64,000 nucleotides of DNA from positions 32,001 to 96,000 of the IMG/VR virus record IMGVR_UViG_3300045997_000112; one strand, 5' to 3'. The notes under the pieces were generated by a model. The model was not told where the DNA came from and searched no databases. It was given only the letters and a program-made list of their open reading frames with translations. Position numbers and translations under genes: made by a program. This document shows, one piece after another, positions 26,102 to 35,797 of this stretch (positions within the stretch are counted from its first letter, which is position 1; each line of letters opens with the position of its first letter). This DNA comes from a virus.

Positions 26102-27999
26102 CAGACGCTCGCAAGCGCGTTGAGGGACTGGGAGGTCTCCACAGCCTCCTTGACCGTCTGCACGAGCCGCTGGGCCTCACCCCAGGAGGCGTTCTTGAGC
26201 TCGACGTACACGTTGACCTGACCGGACCGCTGCTGCTGGTCTCCACCGCCCATGTGCTTCTGGACAGAAGAGCGGAAGCTCTCGGCGACATCAGCGGGCA
26301 GGATCGTCTCGCCCTCGTGGATCTTGGCCAGATGAGCACGGGAGACGTTCCACACGCCCTCGGCATGGCGCTGGGTGCCCATGCCCGTGCCGTCGGAGGC
26401 CGCCGAGTAGTCCGCCCCGCCGTTGAACAGAGATCCGGCCGCGTAGCCCGCGCTGTGGCTGACGAACCCACCCGCCGCGCCACCGAGGGCACCCAGGGCC
26501 ATGCCTGCGGGCCCGCCGGGGATCCCCAGGAGCATGCCGCCGAGCGCCCCGCCGAGGGTGGAGCCCAACGCCCCGCCCCAAAAGCCCTCCCCATTCTTGG
26601 CGTCCATGAAGCCGAACCCGCCGCTGACCAGGGCGCCCAGGCCGGGGATGGCCCGGGATCCCAGCTTCCCAGCTGTCTTCCCCGCTGCCTTTAGGCCAGC
26701 TCGACCGCCAACTTTGGCACCAATCTTGGACACGAGGCTGCCTGCCGCCTTGCCCGCCCGGCCGCCGCCCTTCCCCTTCATCATGGAGCGAAGCATCATC
26801 ACGTCGGCCACGTCCCCGGCAGCGTCCAGCAGGTTGCCTCCTGCACCGCTGAGCGCGTTGCCCATGAAGGAGTTGTTCCACCCCACGCCCGCGCCATTCA
26901 GCTGCTGCAGCAGGGCCGTGGCCGGACCCAGCGCCTGGTAGAACGCGGTCAGCCCCTCGGTGGCTGTCTCGAGCGCCCCGTTCATGATGCCGAAGCCCGC
27001 CACAGCGTCCTTGGTGCCCGCCTCGACGTACTTGTCCTCCGCAGTCACCCGGGACAGAATCCCGGCCAGCGGGTTGACGTTCCGGTCGGTGGCCTCCTTC
27101 CCCGGGGTGGCCATCGAGTAGCCCGTGCCCTGGGAGCGGCGGTTGAGCATGTAGGTCTTGGCCATCTCCAGGTCCTCGCCCTGGAAGACCTGCGAGAGGG
27201 AGTAGTGGCCCGCGCCACCCACCTGCAGGGAGCGGCGCATCTGCTCCGGCGTCATGTTCTCGAAGCCGAGGCGCCGGTACCAGCTGGCGTATGCCTGCTC
27301 CCCAACGATGCGGTTGCCCTGAGCGTCGGTGGTCCGCACGCCTGCCATCAATGAGGCGTTCTGGTACTGCGCGCTGCTCACCGAGTTCAGGTGGGCCTGA
27401 GCGGCGGCGCTGTTGTCGTACCCGAGGGTCAGCGCAGCCCATCCGCCGAAGTTGCCCAGGTTCTGAGCCTGGGAGCTGCCGAGGAACGCTCCGGAGGCGA
27501 CGGCCGCTGTCCGCTGGATCTCATTGATCCCGCTGACCCGGTTGCCGATGCCCGCCTGCACTCCGGACTCGTACCCGAGGCCCGCCTGGTAGCCCCCGGC
27601 CATGACCCCGGTGTGGTACCTGATCTGCTGCCGGTTGATCCCGGACACCGCGTTGGGCAGGAGACCGACCCCGGCCGCCACCGCGTTGGCGCTCGCCGAC
27701 ATGATCCCGGCGGCCATGGATGCCCGATACGCGCCCGGCGACATCCCGGCGGCAGCCGGTCCCACCGGGGGTGGCATCGCGGGGCCCCCACCATTGGGGC
27801 CGCCCATGATCATCTGGGGAGTGGCGAACCCGCCGCGCCCGCCCGCGCTCTGCCCGAGCATCCGCTGGACTTCGCGCGCGTCCTTCTTGGCCTGCGCGAG
27901 GTTGTCCTTGACCTTCTCGGAGTTGTTCACCAACCCCGTGGTGCTGTTGATGGGCTGCATGGCGGAACTGGCCCGAGCGGCTGGGAGGTTGTCAGCCAT
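26101..27999 (-). CDS. Tape measure protein
   Basis: Ala/Gly-rich helical protein after the chaperone; GxxxG hydrophobic repeats; LAKIHEGETILP near the C-terminus. Confidence 0.85.
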   Translation of the reverse strand: MADNLPAARASSAMQPINSTTGLVNNSEKVKDNLAQAKKDAREVQRMLGQSAGGRGGFATPQMIMGGPNGGGPAMPPPVGPAAAGMSPGAYRASMAAGIMSASANAVAAGVGLLPNAVSGINRQQIRYHTGVMAGGYQAGLGYESGVQAGIGNRVSGINEIQRTAAVASGAFLGSSQAQNLGNFGGWAALTLGYDNSAAAQAHLNSVSSAQYQNASLMAGVRTTDAQGNRIVGEQAYASWYRRLGFENMTPEQMRRSLQVGGAGHYSLSQVFQGEDLEMAKTYMLNRRSQGTGYSMATPGKEATDRNVNPLAGILSRVTAEDKYVEAGTKDAVAGFGIMNGALETATEGLTAFYQALGPATALLQQLNGAGVGWNNSFMGNALSGAGGNLLDAAGDVADVMMLRSMMKGKGGGRAGKAAGSLVSKIGAKVGGRAGLKAAGKTAGKLGSRAIPGLGALVSGGFGFMDAKNGEGFWGGALGSTLGGALGGMLLGIPGGPAGMALGALGGAAGGFVSHSAGYAAGSLFNGGADYSAASDGTGMGTQRHAEGVWNVSRAHLAKIHEGETILPADVAESFRSSVQKHMGGGDQQQRSGQVNVYVELKNASWGEAQRLVQTVKEAVETSQSLNALASV

Positions 28000-28153
28000 T
28001 CCGCCACTCCCTCTCTGCTATCCGGTAGGCAGCCCATGCCACCCACTCCCTGCGCTCCCTGATGGTCAGGGCCTTGCACTCACTCGGTGTCCAGCGGTAG
28101 ATCTTGGTGATCGCCTCGATCTCCTCGAACAGCGACCCGTACTCAGAGTGGAA
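27992..28153 (-). CDS. Tail assembly chaperone extension (GT), reached by a +1 frameshift
   Basis: Frame FHSEYGSLFEEIEAITKIYRWTPSECKALTIRERREWVAW, with no ATG start, fills the gap to the tape measure gene; slippery CTG TTT C at 28157-28151. Confidence 0.75.
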   Translation of the reverse strand, partial: FHSEYGSLFEEIEAITKIYRWTPSECKALTIRERREWVAWAAYRIAEREWRNG

Positions 28154-28910
28154 ACAGATCTCCGACCGTCAGGACGGCGGAGACCTCCTTCCCGCAGGAC
28201 GGACAGTTCGCCGTCGTGAGGTCGAACCGGGGTCCCACCACGTTCTTCTGGATTGCCTCCACCAGCTCCTTCCGGTCCCGCACCGACAGGGTCCGAGCGG
28301 CATCCCCCAACAGTGGGATCCCATCCAGCTCATCGACGCACCGGTTGATCAGCACCGTCCGGAACTCCGCCTGGTTGTCCATGTCCGCGTGCGCCAGGGC
28401 CTCCTGCACATCTCCCTTGGGCCAGTGGCACGAGGCCAACTTCCCCGACTTGAGCCGGATGTCGAAGTACCCCTCCCTCGGTGACCCCAGGACGACGGAC
28501 AGATCGTTGAGGTCGTAGTCGATCTCGTTGTTCTCCGAGCAGAAGGGACAGGCCAGGTCGATGACGACATTGGCGCCCCAGGTGCACCGACTGATCCCCA
28601 CGAGGATGGCCAGACGATCGCCGAGGAACAGCTCCCGGAGCAGCGCCGGAGATGAAGGCTCATCCCCGATCCGAACAGTGGCGCGCTCCAAGATTGTGAG
28701 CAGCGCGGCCCCGATGGTCTTGGACCGCGCCACCGCCTCCTCGTCGAATCCGTTCAGTTCCCTCACCTGCACTCGAGTGACAACCCCGGCCGGTGTCTGA
28801 AGCCCCACGGGGAGCTCGAGCCAGTCCGGCTCGGGCGCCATCGGGATGGGGGTCTCAGGCTTGGTTGCCGCTTCGATCGCCTGCAGGTCCTCTTCAATGC
28901 CAGTGGACAA
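28143..28910 (-). CDS. Tail assembly chaperone (T4 gp26-like)
   Basis: VRELNGFDEE, GDRLAIL, CPFC and CPSC; lies between the tube and tape measure genes. Confidence 0.85.
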   Translation of the reverse strand: MSTGIEEDLQAIEAATKPETPIPMAPEPDWLELPVGLQTPAGVVTRVQVRELNGFDEEAVARSKTIGAALLTILERATVRIGDEPSSPALLRELFLGDRLAILVGISRCTWGANVVIDLACPFCSENNEIDYDLNDLSVVLGSPREGYFDIRLKSGKLASCHWPKGDVQEALAHADMDNQAEFRTVLINRCVDELDGIPLLGDAARTLSVRDRKELVEAIQKNVVGPRFDLTTANCPSCGKEVSAVLTVGDLFPL

Positions 28911-28929
28911 CGGATTCTCCTAGATGTGG

Positions 28930-29568
28930 TTAGACATCCCCACGCGGAATGGCATTCCATGTCGGGTCTGTTGAGCTGATGGGCTTTGCCCATTCAACAC
29001 TAAGCCCCTCGTGGACCAGCGTGATCTGCTCGACCAGCACGGCGTTGTCGGCCGCGTTGAGGTCGGAGTAGGAGATGTTCGTGATCCAGGAGTTCATGAG
29101 GTAGAACTTCTGGACCACCGGATCGTTGCCCCGGCCATCGTTGTAGCCCCGGTCATTGATCAGCGGCTGTGGGTGCCCGAGCACCGAGATGCTCACCGTG
29201 CACCGGAAGTTGCCGGTCAGCACCCCGGAGTCGGCCTTCTTGCCGTAGCCGACGTCGAAGAGCTGCTGGAACCACTTCCAGTTCTGGGCGCTGCCAAGGT
29301 TGACGCCGCGCTGGAGGCTGACCGGGGAGAAGGTCTGCTGACCCGGGAGGTAGTGGACCGTGGTGTTGAACCCACCCTCGCGGTACGGGATCGCCTCCGT
29401 GGTCATGGCCAGACCGGAGACCGCCATGAAGCCCAGCGTGGCGCTGAACTTCACCGCGTCCTTCAGGGCGTCGTCCGGCGGGGTGAACTTCACGATGAAC
29501 CGGAAGTTCCGGATGGGGTCAGACGCCGCGTGCGACCTCTGGTTCAAGTAGAGCTGCTGAGTGGCCAT
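28930..29568 (-). CDS. Tail tube protein (T4 gp19-like)
   Basis: DPIRNFRF, GFMAVSGL, YREGG, LPGQ, LQRG, SDLNA, EQITLVHEG. Confidence 0.95.
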   Translation of the reverse strand: MATQQLYLNQRSHAASDPIRNFRFIVKFTPPDDALKDAVKFSATLGFMAVSGLAMTTEAIPYREGGFNTTVHYLPGQQTFSPVSLQRGVNLGSAQNWKWFQQLFDVGYGKKADSGVLTGNFRCTVSISVLGHPQPLINDRGYNDGRGNDPVVQKFYLMNSWITNISYSDLNAADNAVLVEQITLVHEGLSVEWAKPISSTDPTWNAIPRGDV

Positions 29569-29578
29569 TCGCTATCTC

Positions 29579-31165
29579 CTAGTCGACTCGGACCGAGGTC
29601 TGGTTGTGGGTGAGCTTGATGACGATGAACTCGGCCGGGTACTCGATGGCCACGCCCACCTCGATGTGCACCTCGCCTGCCGCGATGGTGTTCGAGTTGT
29701 TGTTGGTGCCGTCGCAGAGGACATAGAACGCCTCGTACTCCCGCGCGCCCCGGAGCGCACCCTGCTGGTAGTACAGGCCGAGGAAGTTCTCGAGCCGAAT
29801 GTTGATGGTCTCCCACAGGTCCGGGCCATTGACCTCGAACACCGCGAACTCGGTGAGCGCCTGCAACCGCGAGCGGATGTAGGAGAACGACCGGCGCACG
29901 CCCACGTACCGATCGGCGTGGGTCTGGTCCAGCGTGCGGCCGCCCATGATGCACGGGCCGACGCCGGTGACCACCCGGATCGGGTTGACCGGGTGGATGA
30001 GCGTGTTCAGCTCGTCCAGCTGCGGGTTGGTGAACCGGTAGGCCGGGGTCACGATGCCCCGGATCCCCGCCGTGACCCCGGCCGGGGTCTTCCACATGCC
30101 GTAGCTGGCGTCGTTGGAGGCGAACACCCCGAGCACCGCACCGCCGCAGGGAGCCTGGCGGCGAATGTTGTTGGGGCCCGCTGCCGGGTCGTTGATGATG
30201 ACCGGCGGGTAGTACGCGGCCGAGTAGGCGTTCTTGTCGTTCAGGTCGTTGACCCAGTCCGCCACGTTGCTGACGCTGGAGCCCAGGTCAGGGGTGTCGA
30301 TGACGTGGAACGAGTCGCCCCGCTCCTTGCAGTACTGCGAGACCAGCGCCAGGTCGGCCTGGTTCCAGTGGCCGGAGTACGAGATGGCCAGCGCGCCCTC
30401 GTAGAAGTCCAGGGAGTGCAGCGTCTCGGCCAGGTCGGCCGGGTTCTGTCCGTCGCTGCCGCCCCGGAGGACGACCTCACGGTTGTCCGTGATCTCCAGC
30501 TTCCCGGCCCCAACCTTGAGGTCGATGTACGACGAGGCGCCGGTGACGACGAACTCGGCGTAGCGCCGATCGGTCTGATCCAGGCTCAGCCCGGGGAAGC
30601 GCTCGACGACCTGGTCGACGCCGTACTTGTCCTTCAGCGAGACGACGACCTCCAGCGTGCCCACGCCATACCCGGACGGGGTCTTGAAGTCGGCGTTGGT
30701 GAAGTCGGCCGGGTCGAACGGACCGGCGACGCCGTAGTTGCCCGACAGCGTGACCTTCAGCCGGTCTCCCCACAGTCCGGGGGCGATCGCCGTCGCGCTC
30801 ACAACCACCTGACCAGTGGTGTCGAGGATCTCCCCACGGGAGAACTCGGCGTCCCGGTTGGCCACGCGGAGCACGGTCAGCGGGGAGCCCCCGGCCGAGC
30901 CGTTGGCGAAGAACAGGAACGCGGCGTCCACCGAGGCGTTCCGTCGATGCCCGAACGCAGTCCGGGGCTGGTTGTCGACCCAGTCCCCGAAGATGGTGCG
31001 GAACTCGTGCCACGACCCCACCGTGGTGGGGATGACGGGACCCCGGTCGAGGTCGGCCAGCAGCACGGCCCGGGAGGCGAGGTTGGAGGTGAACCCGGTG
31101 TCACGAGGAGCCTGAACCTCCGTGATTGTGACCCCGGGACGCCCGTAGGTGTTGGTCATGTTCAT
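29579..31165 (-). CDS. Contractile tail sheath protein
   Basis: RPGVTITEV, PGLWGD, AAYYP, WKTPAG, VNPIR, GGRTL, RYVGVRR, VFEVN, PAEFI. Confidence 0.97.
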   Translation of the reverse strand: MNMTNTYGRPGVTITEVQAPRDTGFTSNLASRAVLLADLDRGPVIPTTVGSWHEFRTIFGDWVDNQPRTAFGHRRNASVDAAFLFFANGSAGGSPLTVLRVANRDAEFSRGEILDTTGQVVVSATAIAPGLWGDRLKVTLSGNYGVAGPFDPADFTNADFKTPSGYGVGTLEVVVSLKDKYGVDQVVERFPGLSLDQTDRRYAEFVVTGASSYIDLKVGAGKLEITDNREVVLRGGSDGQNPADLAETLHSLDFYEGALAISYSGHWNQADLALVSQYCKERGDSFHVIDTPDLGSSVSNVADWVNDLNDKNAYSAAYYPPVIINDPAAGPNNIRRQAPCGGAVLGVFASNDASYGMWKTPAGVTAGIRGIVTPAYRFTNPQLDELNTLIHPVNPIRVVTGVGPCIMGGRTLDQTHADRYVGVRRSFSYIRSRLQALTEFAVFEVNGPDLWETINIRLENFLGLYYQQGALRGAREYEAFYVLCDGTNNNSNTIAAGEVHIEVGVAIEYPAEFIVIKLTHNQTSVRVD

Positions 31166-31968
31166 ACTCCTTCGTAGGGGTCGATTTCCTCAGGACGCTC
31201 ATTGATCCACCCGCCCTTGATGACGGTGGGTCCGTACTCCGGGTCACGCTCGCGCATGAACAGGGTGCCGAGGACCCGCAGGACGTCTGCGCCCTCGACC
31301 ACCAGCACGTCACCGGCGGGCATGAACGAGTCCACCCGGACGGTGAACACGCTCATGAACAGTCGCTTGCCCATCTCCATGGTCTCGGAGTGGCCAACAT
31401 TGAGCAGCTCCATCCGGCGGTTGGTGCCGTCGATGTCGGCCATCGGCAGCCACGAGTACCTGTAGTTGAGCTTCCGGCTCAGGAACTGGCCGATGATCTC
31501 CCGGTCATGACGGGGGTGCCTCGAGTACGCCCGGACGGTGTAGTCGATCTGCACCGGGATGGGCTTCTCCGCGAACATCTTCAGCGGGTAGGAGCTCTTG
31601 TCGTACCAGATGTCGTTCCAGAGCCCAGCTCCGTTGTAGACCTGCCCGTCCTCCCCGACGAAGGCACTCTCCGGGAGGGCCCAGAGCGGGACGCTCGCGT
31701 TCTCCCAGGTCCGCACGCCGGACATGGTCCGGTTGCTGGCCTCGGTGATGTCGATGAGCGAGATGATCATGTACGGGTAGCGCTGCTCCCGGATCTCCCG
31801 ATCAGGATGGCCGAACCAGACCCCAACCTTGCGCGGGTTGCCCGTGGCATCCCAGACCTGCAGGGCGGGCTCCTTCAGGTACCGATGCAGTGCCCGGTCC
31901 TCATCGAGGACGAAGCCCTCGGACAGGTTGGGGTACAGCGGCGCCTGGAACTTCTCGGGGATCCTCAC
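31162..31968 (-). CDS. Tail terminator/neck protein (gp15/Pvc16-like)
   Basis: Position before the sheath gene; YPYMIISLIDI, PIPVQIDYTV. Confidence 0.65.
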   Translation of the reverse strand: MRIPEKFQAPLYPNLSEGFVLDEDRALHRYLKEPALQVWDATGNPRKVGVWFGHPDREIREQRYPYMIISLIDITEASNRTMSGVRTWENASVPLWALPESAFVGEDGQVYNGAGLWNDIWYDKSSYPLKMFAEKPIPVQIDYTVRAYSRHPRHDREIIGQFLSRKLNYRYSWLPMADIDGTNRRMELLNVGHSETMEMGKRLFMSVFTVRVDSFMPAGDVLVVEGADVLRVLGTLFMRERDPEYGPTVIKGGWINERPEEIDPYEGV

Positions 31969-32396
31969 ATCATCACCGCCAACTGGGAGTCGACGAGTGC
32001 CTGATCCTCAGACAGCCGGTCGAGCTCGAGCGCGTGGGCGTTGGTCCACCGCTGGATGGCGCCCTTCAGCTCTGACTCGTACTCGTAGAACGCGACCTTC
32101 TCGTGCAGGTACCGAGGAGCCATCGGGACGTAGCTCAGGCCGTCGAACATGATCCGCACCCGGAAGGCGATCTCCGAGGGCCAACCGTTGGCGACGAGAT
32201 GCCCGAACAGGCTGTGCTCGAGACGCTGGTCCTCCCGAATGTTGGAGAGCCGGTCGAGCGTGCTGGTCTGGGACATGGACCGGAACTCACGGATTCGGTC
32301 CTGGATGAGCAGGTAGTCGGAGCCGTCGGGGACATCTTCAGGCACGAGCTCGGGCGCGCTACCGCCGAAGTCCTGTGCCATGGCCACGCTCCGCAT
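31965..32396 (-). CDS. Hypothetical protein (neck region)
   Basis: ORF coupled to the next gene (ATGTGA overlap). Confidence 0.65.
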   Translation of the reverse strand: MRSVAMAQDFGGSAPELVPEDVPDGSDYLLIQDRIREFRSMSQTSTLDRLSNIREDQRLEHSLFGHLVANGWPSEIAFRVRIMFDGLSYVPMAPRYLHEKVAFYEYESELKGAIQRWTNAHALELDRLSEDQALVDSQLAVMM

Positions 32397-32468
32397 CTAC
32401 AGCGATGGGCCGACCGCAGTGCCCGCCCAACGAGATCAGCGTATTGGCCCAACAGTGGGATGTCAGGG

Positions 32469-33176
32469 CTATCCCTCGTAGATGTCGTGCTCGTAGACCA
32501 CATGGGCGCCCCAGCGCGGGATCTGCTCCACCACGTCGATCTCGCGCCTCGTGGTGTCGAAGTCGTCCGGGTCGAAGTCCTGGCTGAACTCCGATGGAGG
32601 CGGGAACACCTCGGACTCGAACTCCCGAGGAGCGAACTCGTCCGAGAACGGTGCCGGGTACACCCGGGTGCCATTGAACTGCGGATCGTTGACGACCTCT
32701 TCGTCCTTGATCTGCTCGGCCTCCACCTGGATGACCACCATGTCGTGCTGGACGTGGCCTTTGGGATAGATCGTGGTCGGCTGGAACAGGGCGCCCCGGT
32801 ACTCGATGCGGTCGAGCAGGTGCTTGTCCGGCTCCATCACAATGTTGGGCAGGTACGGCAGGACCTCCGGGGTGTTGATCACCAGGCGCAGGAAGTCGAC
32901 CGTGTACATGCCCCGCTCGTTGTGGCCGCCGGGGCCCTGCTCGATGGTGGCCAGCACGACGGGGAGCTCGATCGGCGTGAACCAGACCCGCCCACGGTTC
33001 CAGTAGTCGCCCACGTCATAGGTGGGATCGACATGGGTGCCATCGGGGTTGAACACCCACCACAGCACGGACTGCCCCACCGGGTTCTGCAGATCCTGGG
33101 TGATGCCCTGCCCGATGGACTCCACCTCGAAGGTCGTGGTGAAGCGGCCCGTCAGGTTGCCGCCGCCGCCCCTCAC
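32469..33176 (-). CDS. Head closure/neck protein (gp14-like)
   Basis: GTGA-coupled start; VDPTYDVG, DRIEYRG; position in the neck block. Confidence 0.65.
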   Translation of the reverse strand: MRGGGGNLTGRFTTTFEVESIGQGITQDLQNPVGQSVLWWVFNPDGTHVDPTYDVGDYWNRGRVWFTPIELPVVLATIEQGPGGHNERGMYTVDFLRLVINTPEVLPYLPNIVMEPDKHLLDRIEYRGALFQPTTIYPKGHVQHDMVVIQVEAEQIKDEEVVNDPQFNGTRVYPAPFSDEFAPREFESEVFPPPSEFSQDFDPDDFDTTRREIDVVEQIPRWGAHVVYEHDIYEG

Positions 33177-34372
33177 AGCCCGGGCCCTGCGGGCTGGGGA
33201 ACCCACGAGGCACCGGTACTGATCGGCGTCACACCCGGCTCGATGGCCAGGCTGGGCTCGTCGTAGTCGGTCATGCGCGGGACGGTCACATCCTTGGGCA
33301 CGTACAGCCACCCGCCCACCAAGGTTGTGATCACCCGCTTCTCGAAGTCATCCCCGAAGTCAGAGCTGAGTCCTCCGCCATCGGGCGGGAGCTCCATCTG
33401 CAGGTCCCAGACCATGTTCTCCGGGAACTGCTCGGACCGGTTGGCCGGGAGGGTGAGCACGACGTTGTGCTCGTCCACCCGGGTGACGCCGAACTCAGCC
33501 ACGATGACGCTCGAGCCCCGGTAGCGCTTGATGTGCGCGCGCAGCCGGGCCTTCTCGGGGATGTAGGTCTCGATCTTGATGGGCTCCACCACGGTGTCGC
33601 CCCGCAGCATGGTGATGTCGTGGTTGGGGATCCCGTCGTCCACGATCTTGCCGCCGTACGTCGGGATGGGCAGCCGCACCCGCTGAGGCATCGAACGGTC
33701 GTCGATCTCCTGCGGCCGGAAGACGGGCACGTACCGGTTGGTGCGCTTGGAGATCCGCCGGAAGGTGAAGACCTCCAGCGCGTACATCCCAACATTGAGG
33801 TTGGAGGAGAGGTCCCGGTAGCGGGCCTCCAGCAGCTGGAGCAGCTCGTACAGCTGGCGGTACCGCTCGGACCGAGGGATGTTGACGCCGTCGGGAGCGT
33901 TGATGTCGATGTCGTATGAGGCATCGGTGAGCAGCACGTACAGGCACTGGATGGCGCAGAGGATCTGCAGCGGGAGGTCCTCGAGCGGCTCAAGGTTGTA
34001 CAGGGTGAGCGTCCGACCCAAAACGTCCGTCCGGTTGGCCGTGTGCATCTCGAACGAGTCCTGGCAGATCTTCTCCAGCTCACTGTCGGTGAAGAACCGG
34101 GTGTGCACTCCAGCAGCGGCGATCGTCACGCCCTTCTTCGGCGGGTGATCAAAGATCAGGGTTCCGGTGTGCTCCTCGACTGCCACATCCTCGGAGACTT
34201 CAACCCCATCCAGGTGCACTGCCACCGAGTTGGCGCGGACGGGCGAGTAGTCCAGGGTGTACCGGTTGGTCCCGCCAACGGCAACGATCGTCTGCAGGAA
34301 CGACTTCTCCGGATCGGAGATCTGGCGCCGCACGGCGAACAGCAGGTCTGACATCTCCATGCCGCCCATCAT
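33173..34372 (-). CDS. Head-tail adaptor/neck protein with C-terminal BppU-like domain
   Basis: VRRQISD, FFTDSEL, IPRSERYRQL; C-terminal ITMLRGDT...WDLQM...TLVGG. Confidence 0.65.
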   Translation of the reverse strand: MMGGMEMSDLLFAVRRQISDPEKSFLQTIVAVGGTNRYTLDYSPVRANSVAVHLDGVEVSEDVAVEEHTGTLIFDHPPKKGVTIAAAGVHTRFFTDSELEKICQDSFEMHTANRTDVLGRTLTLYNLEPLEDLPLQILCAIQCLYVLLTDASYDIDINAPDGVNIPRSERYRQLYELLQLLEARYRDLSSNLNVGMYALEVFTFRRISKRTNRYVPVFRPQEIDDRSMPQRVRLPIPTYGGKIVDDGIPNHDITMLRGDTVVEPIKIETYIPEKARLRAHIKRYRGSSVIVAEFGVTRVDEHNVVLTLPANRSEQFPENMVWDLQMELPPDGGGLSSDFGDDFEKRVITTLVGGWLYVPKDVTVPRMTDYDEPSLAIEPGVTPISTGASWVPQPAGPGL

Positions 34373-34411
34373 CCCTCAGACGACGGGCCCCATGGGGGCC
34401 TTACATGGATG

Positions 34412-34439
34412 AGGACCCGGTGCGTCAACACCGGGTCCT
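34412..34439 (-). terminator. Stem-loop after the accessory islet
   Basis: 11-bp perfect stem AGGACCCGGTG/CACCGGGTCCT. Confidence 0.65.
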
Positions 34440-34519
34440 GCCCAAGGGCCTCGTCTATCCAACTCGCCAAAGTCCGACCCCGGGCTTTCACCCACCCTTG
34501 TCTAGAAGGCGGACACAGC

Positions 34520-34753
34520 CTACTCCCGGTAGGCCACCGCTGCGTTGAGCCACATCATTGACTCCTGCAAGGCAGTGAGCGCGAGGCTCCGCTCCCGGCA
34601 GTCCGGGATGTTCTCCAGGATCCACGCGGCGAACTGCCGGGACTCCGCGCGCACCGCGTCATGACGCGGACCCGTCTGGGGTGTGGCCGGATGGAAGGTG
34701 AAGCGCTGCAGCACCTCGAAGCCCGGGTTCAGCGGGGAGAGCCTCTCCTCCAT
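34520..34753 (-). CDS. Acb2/Tad1-like helical-hairpin protein (putative nucleotide-signal sponge)
   Basis: RFTFHP...RH..VR...FA..I....P..RERSLALTALQESMMWLNAAVA pattern; GGAG RBS. Confidence 0.7.
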   Translation of the reverse strand: MEERLSPLNPGFEVLQRFTFHPATPQTGPRHDAVRAESRQFAAWILENIPDCRERSLALTALQESMMWLNAAVAYRE

Positions 34754-34754
34754 G

Positions 34755-35336
34755 TCATGTTCCTCTCGTCAGGAGAGCTTGATGAATGGCCCGATGCGTG
34801 ACCCCGAACTCACGTCCGAGCGCCCGCAGGCTCATCCCACCTTCTCTCAGTTCTCGGAGCCGAGGTAGGTCCTCGTCCCGAATCTTGGTCGCATGGTGCT
34901 GGTTGCCCCTAGGGACGTTGCCGTCCTTCTCACGATCGTCCATGTTGTCCTGTGGAGTGCCCGCCCGAAGGTGGTCCGGGTTCACACATCGGCGGTTGTC
35001 CTTGCACGAGTGCAGGACCATCTTGCCCTCAGGTACCTCACCCTTGTGAAGCCGATAGGAGTAGACGTGCGCGCGTTTGGACTGTCCCGCGCCCGCCGCG
35101 AACTCACCGTACCCGGAGGGCGTCAGCCGCCCGGTCCAGTTCCAGCAGGTTTCCGTCTTGTCGACTCGAACCCAGAATCGCTCCTCCGTGGAGAGCTTGG
35201 CGTAAGGGCGCTGAGAGGGAGGGGCACCCGCAGTCCCGTACCGACCCCGATGCTTGGGGCACATCCCCCGGTTCAGTCTCCATGAACCGGGGGAAGAGCA
35301 GTCACCGTCGTCTTCGTGGATACATACCCTAACCAT
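34755..35336 (-). CDS. HNH homing endonuclease with C-terminal HTH
   Basis: ERFW.RVDK...CWNWTG...GYG...AH..SY...VLHSC.DN..CVNPDHL..GT..DN..D; GMSLRALGREFGV. Confidence 0.95.
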   Translation of the reverse strand: MVRVCIHEDDGDCSSPGSWRLNRGMCPKHRGRYGTAGAPPSQRPYAKLSTEERFWVRVDKTETCWNWTGRLTPSGYGEFAAGAGQSKRAHVYSYRLHKGEVPEGKMVLHSCKDNRRCVNPDHLRAGTPQDNMDDREKDGNVPRGNQHHATKIRDEDLPRLRELREGGMSLRALGREFGVTHRAIHQALLTRGT

Positions 35337-35355
35337 GAGGTATGTATATCACATC

Positions 35356-35739
35356 CTACATACGACCTAAGAGGTACCCGCACTGGTCCAGATGGTCGGC
35401 GACATGCTTGTCGACCTTGTACTTCTGGCCCGCCTTGAACGTGTAGTGGTTGCCGACACCGAGGACCATGTCATCGATGTCCTCGATGACGCGAATGATC
35501 ACCTGACCGTCCTCCTTCTTGCCGGTGACCGGAGACATGATCTCCATCTCCACCACCTCGAAGGCACCGAGGCTCTCGTTGGTCTTGGGGTCGAACACGT
35601 CGGTCTCGATGATCTCCATCTCGGCCTGCTGGGCGAGGGCGATCTGGTCCTTGCGCGCGAGCAGCTCTTCCTGCGCGGCAGCGGCCGCCTGCTCCGACTG
35701 ACGCCCGGTGAAGTCTCCAGGGGACTTACGTGTTGCCAT
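35356..35739 (-). CDS. Head-associated hypothetical protein
   Basis: GAGGAG RBS; YTFKAGQKYKV...VADHL...GY; follows the capsid gene. Confidence 0.75.
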   Translation of the reverse strand: MATRKSPGDFTGRQSEQAAAAAQEELLARKDQIALAQQAEMEIIETDVFDPKTNESLGAFEVVEMEIMSPVTGKKEDGQVIIRVIEDIDDMVLGVGNHYTFKAGQKYKVDKHVADHLDQCGYLLGRM

Positions 35740-35797
35740 GCGTTTCTCCTCTATTGGGGGGACAAGAGGATGCTACATGGGTCCATAGAGCATTGGG

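Noticed and set aside
14339-31968. Sheath/tube/baseplate block as an extracellular contractile injection system or tailocin
   Set aside because: It is contiguous with terminase, portal, scaffold, capsid and replication genes, so it is a phage tail.
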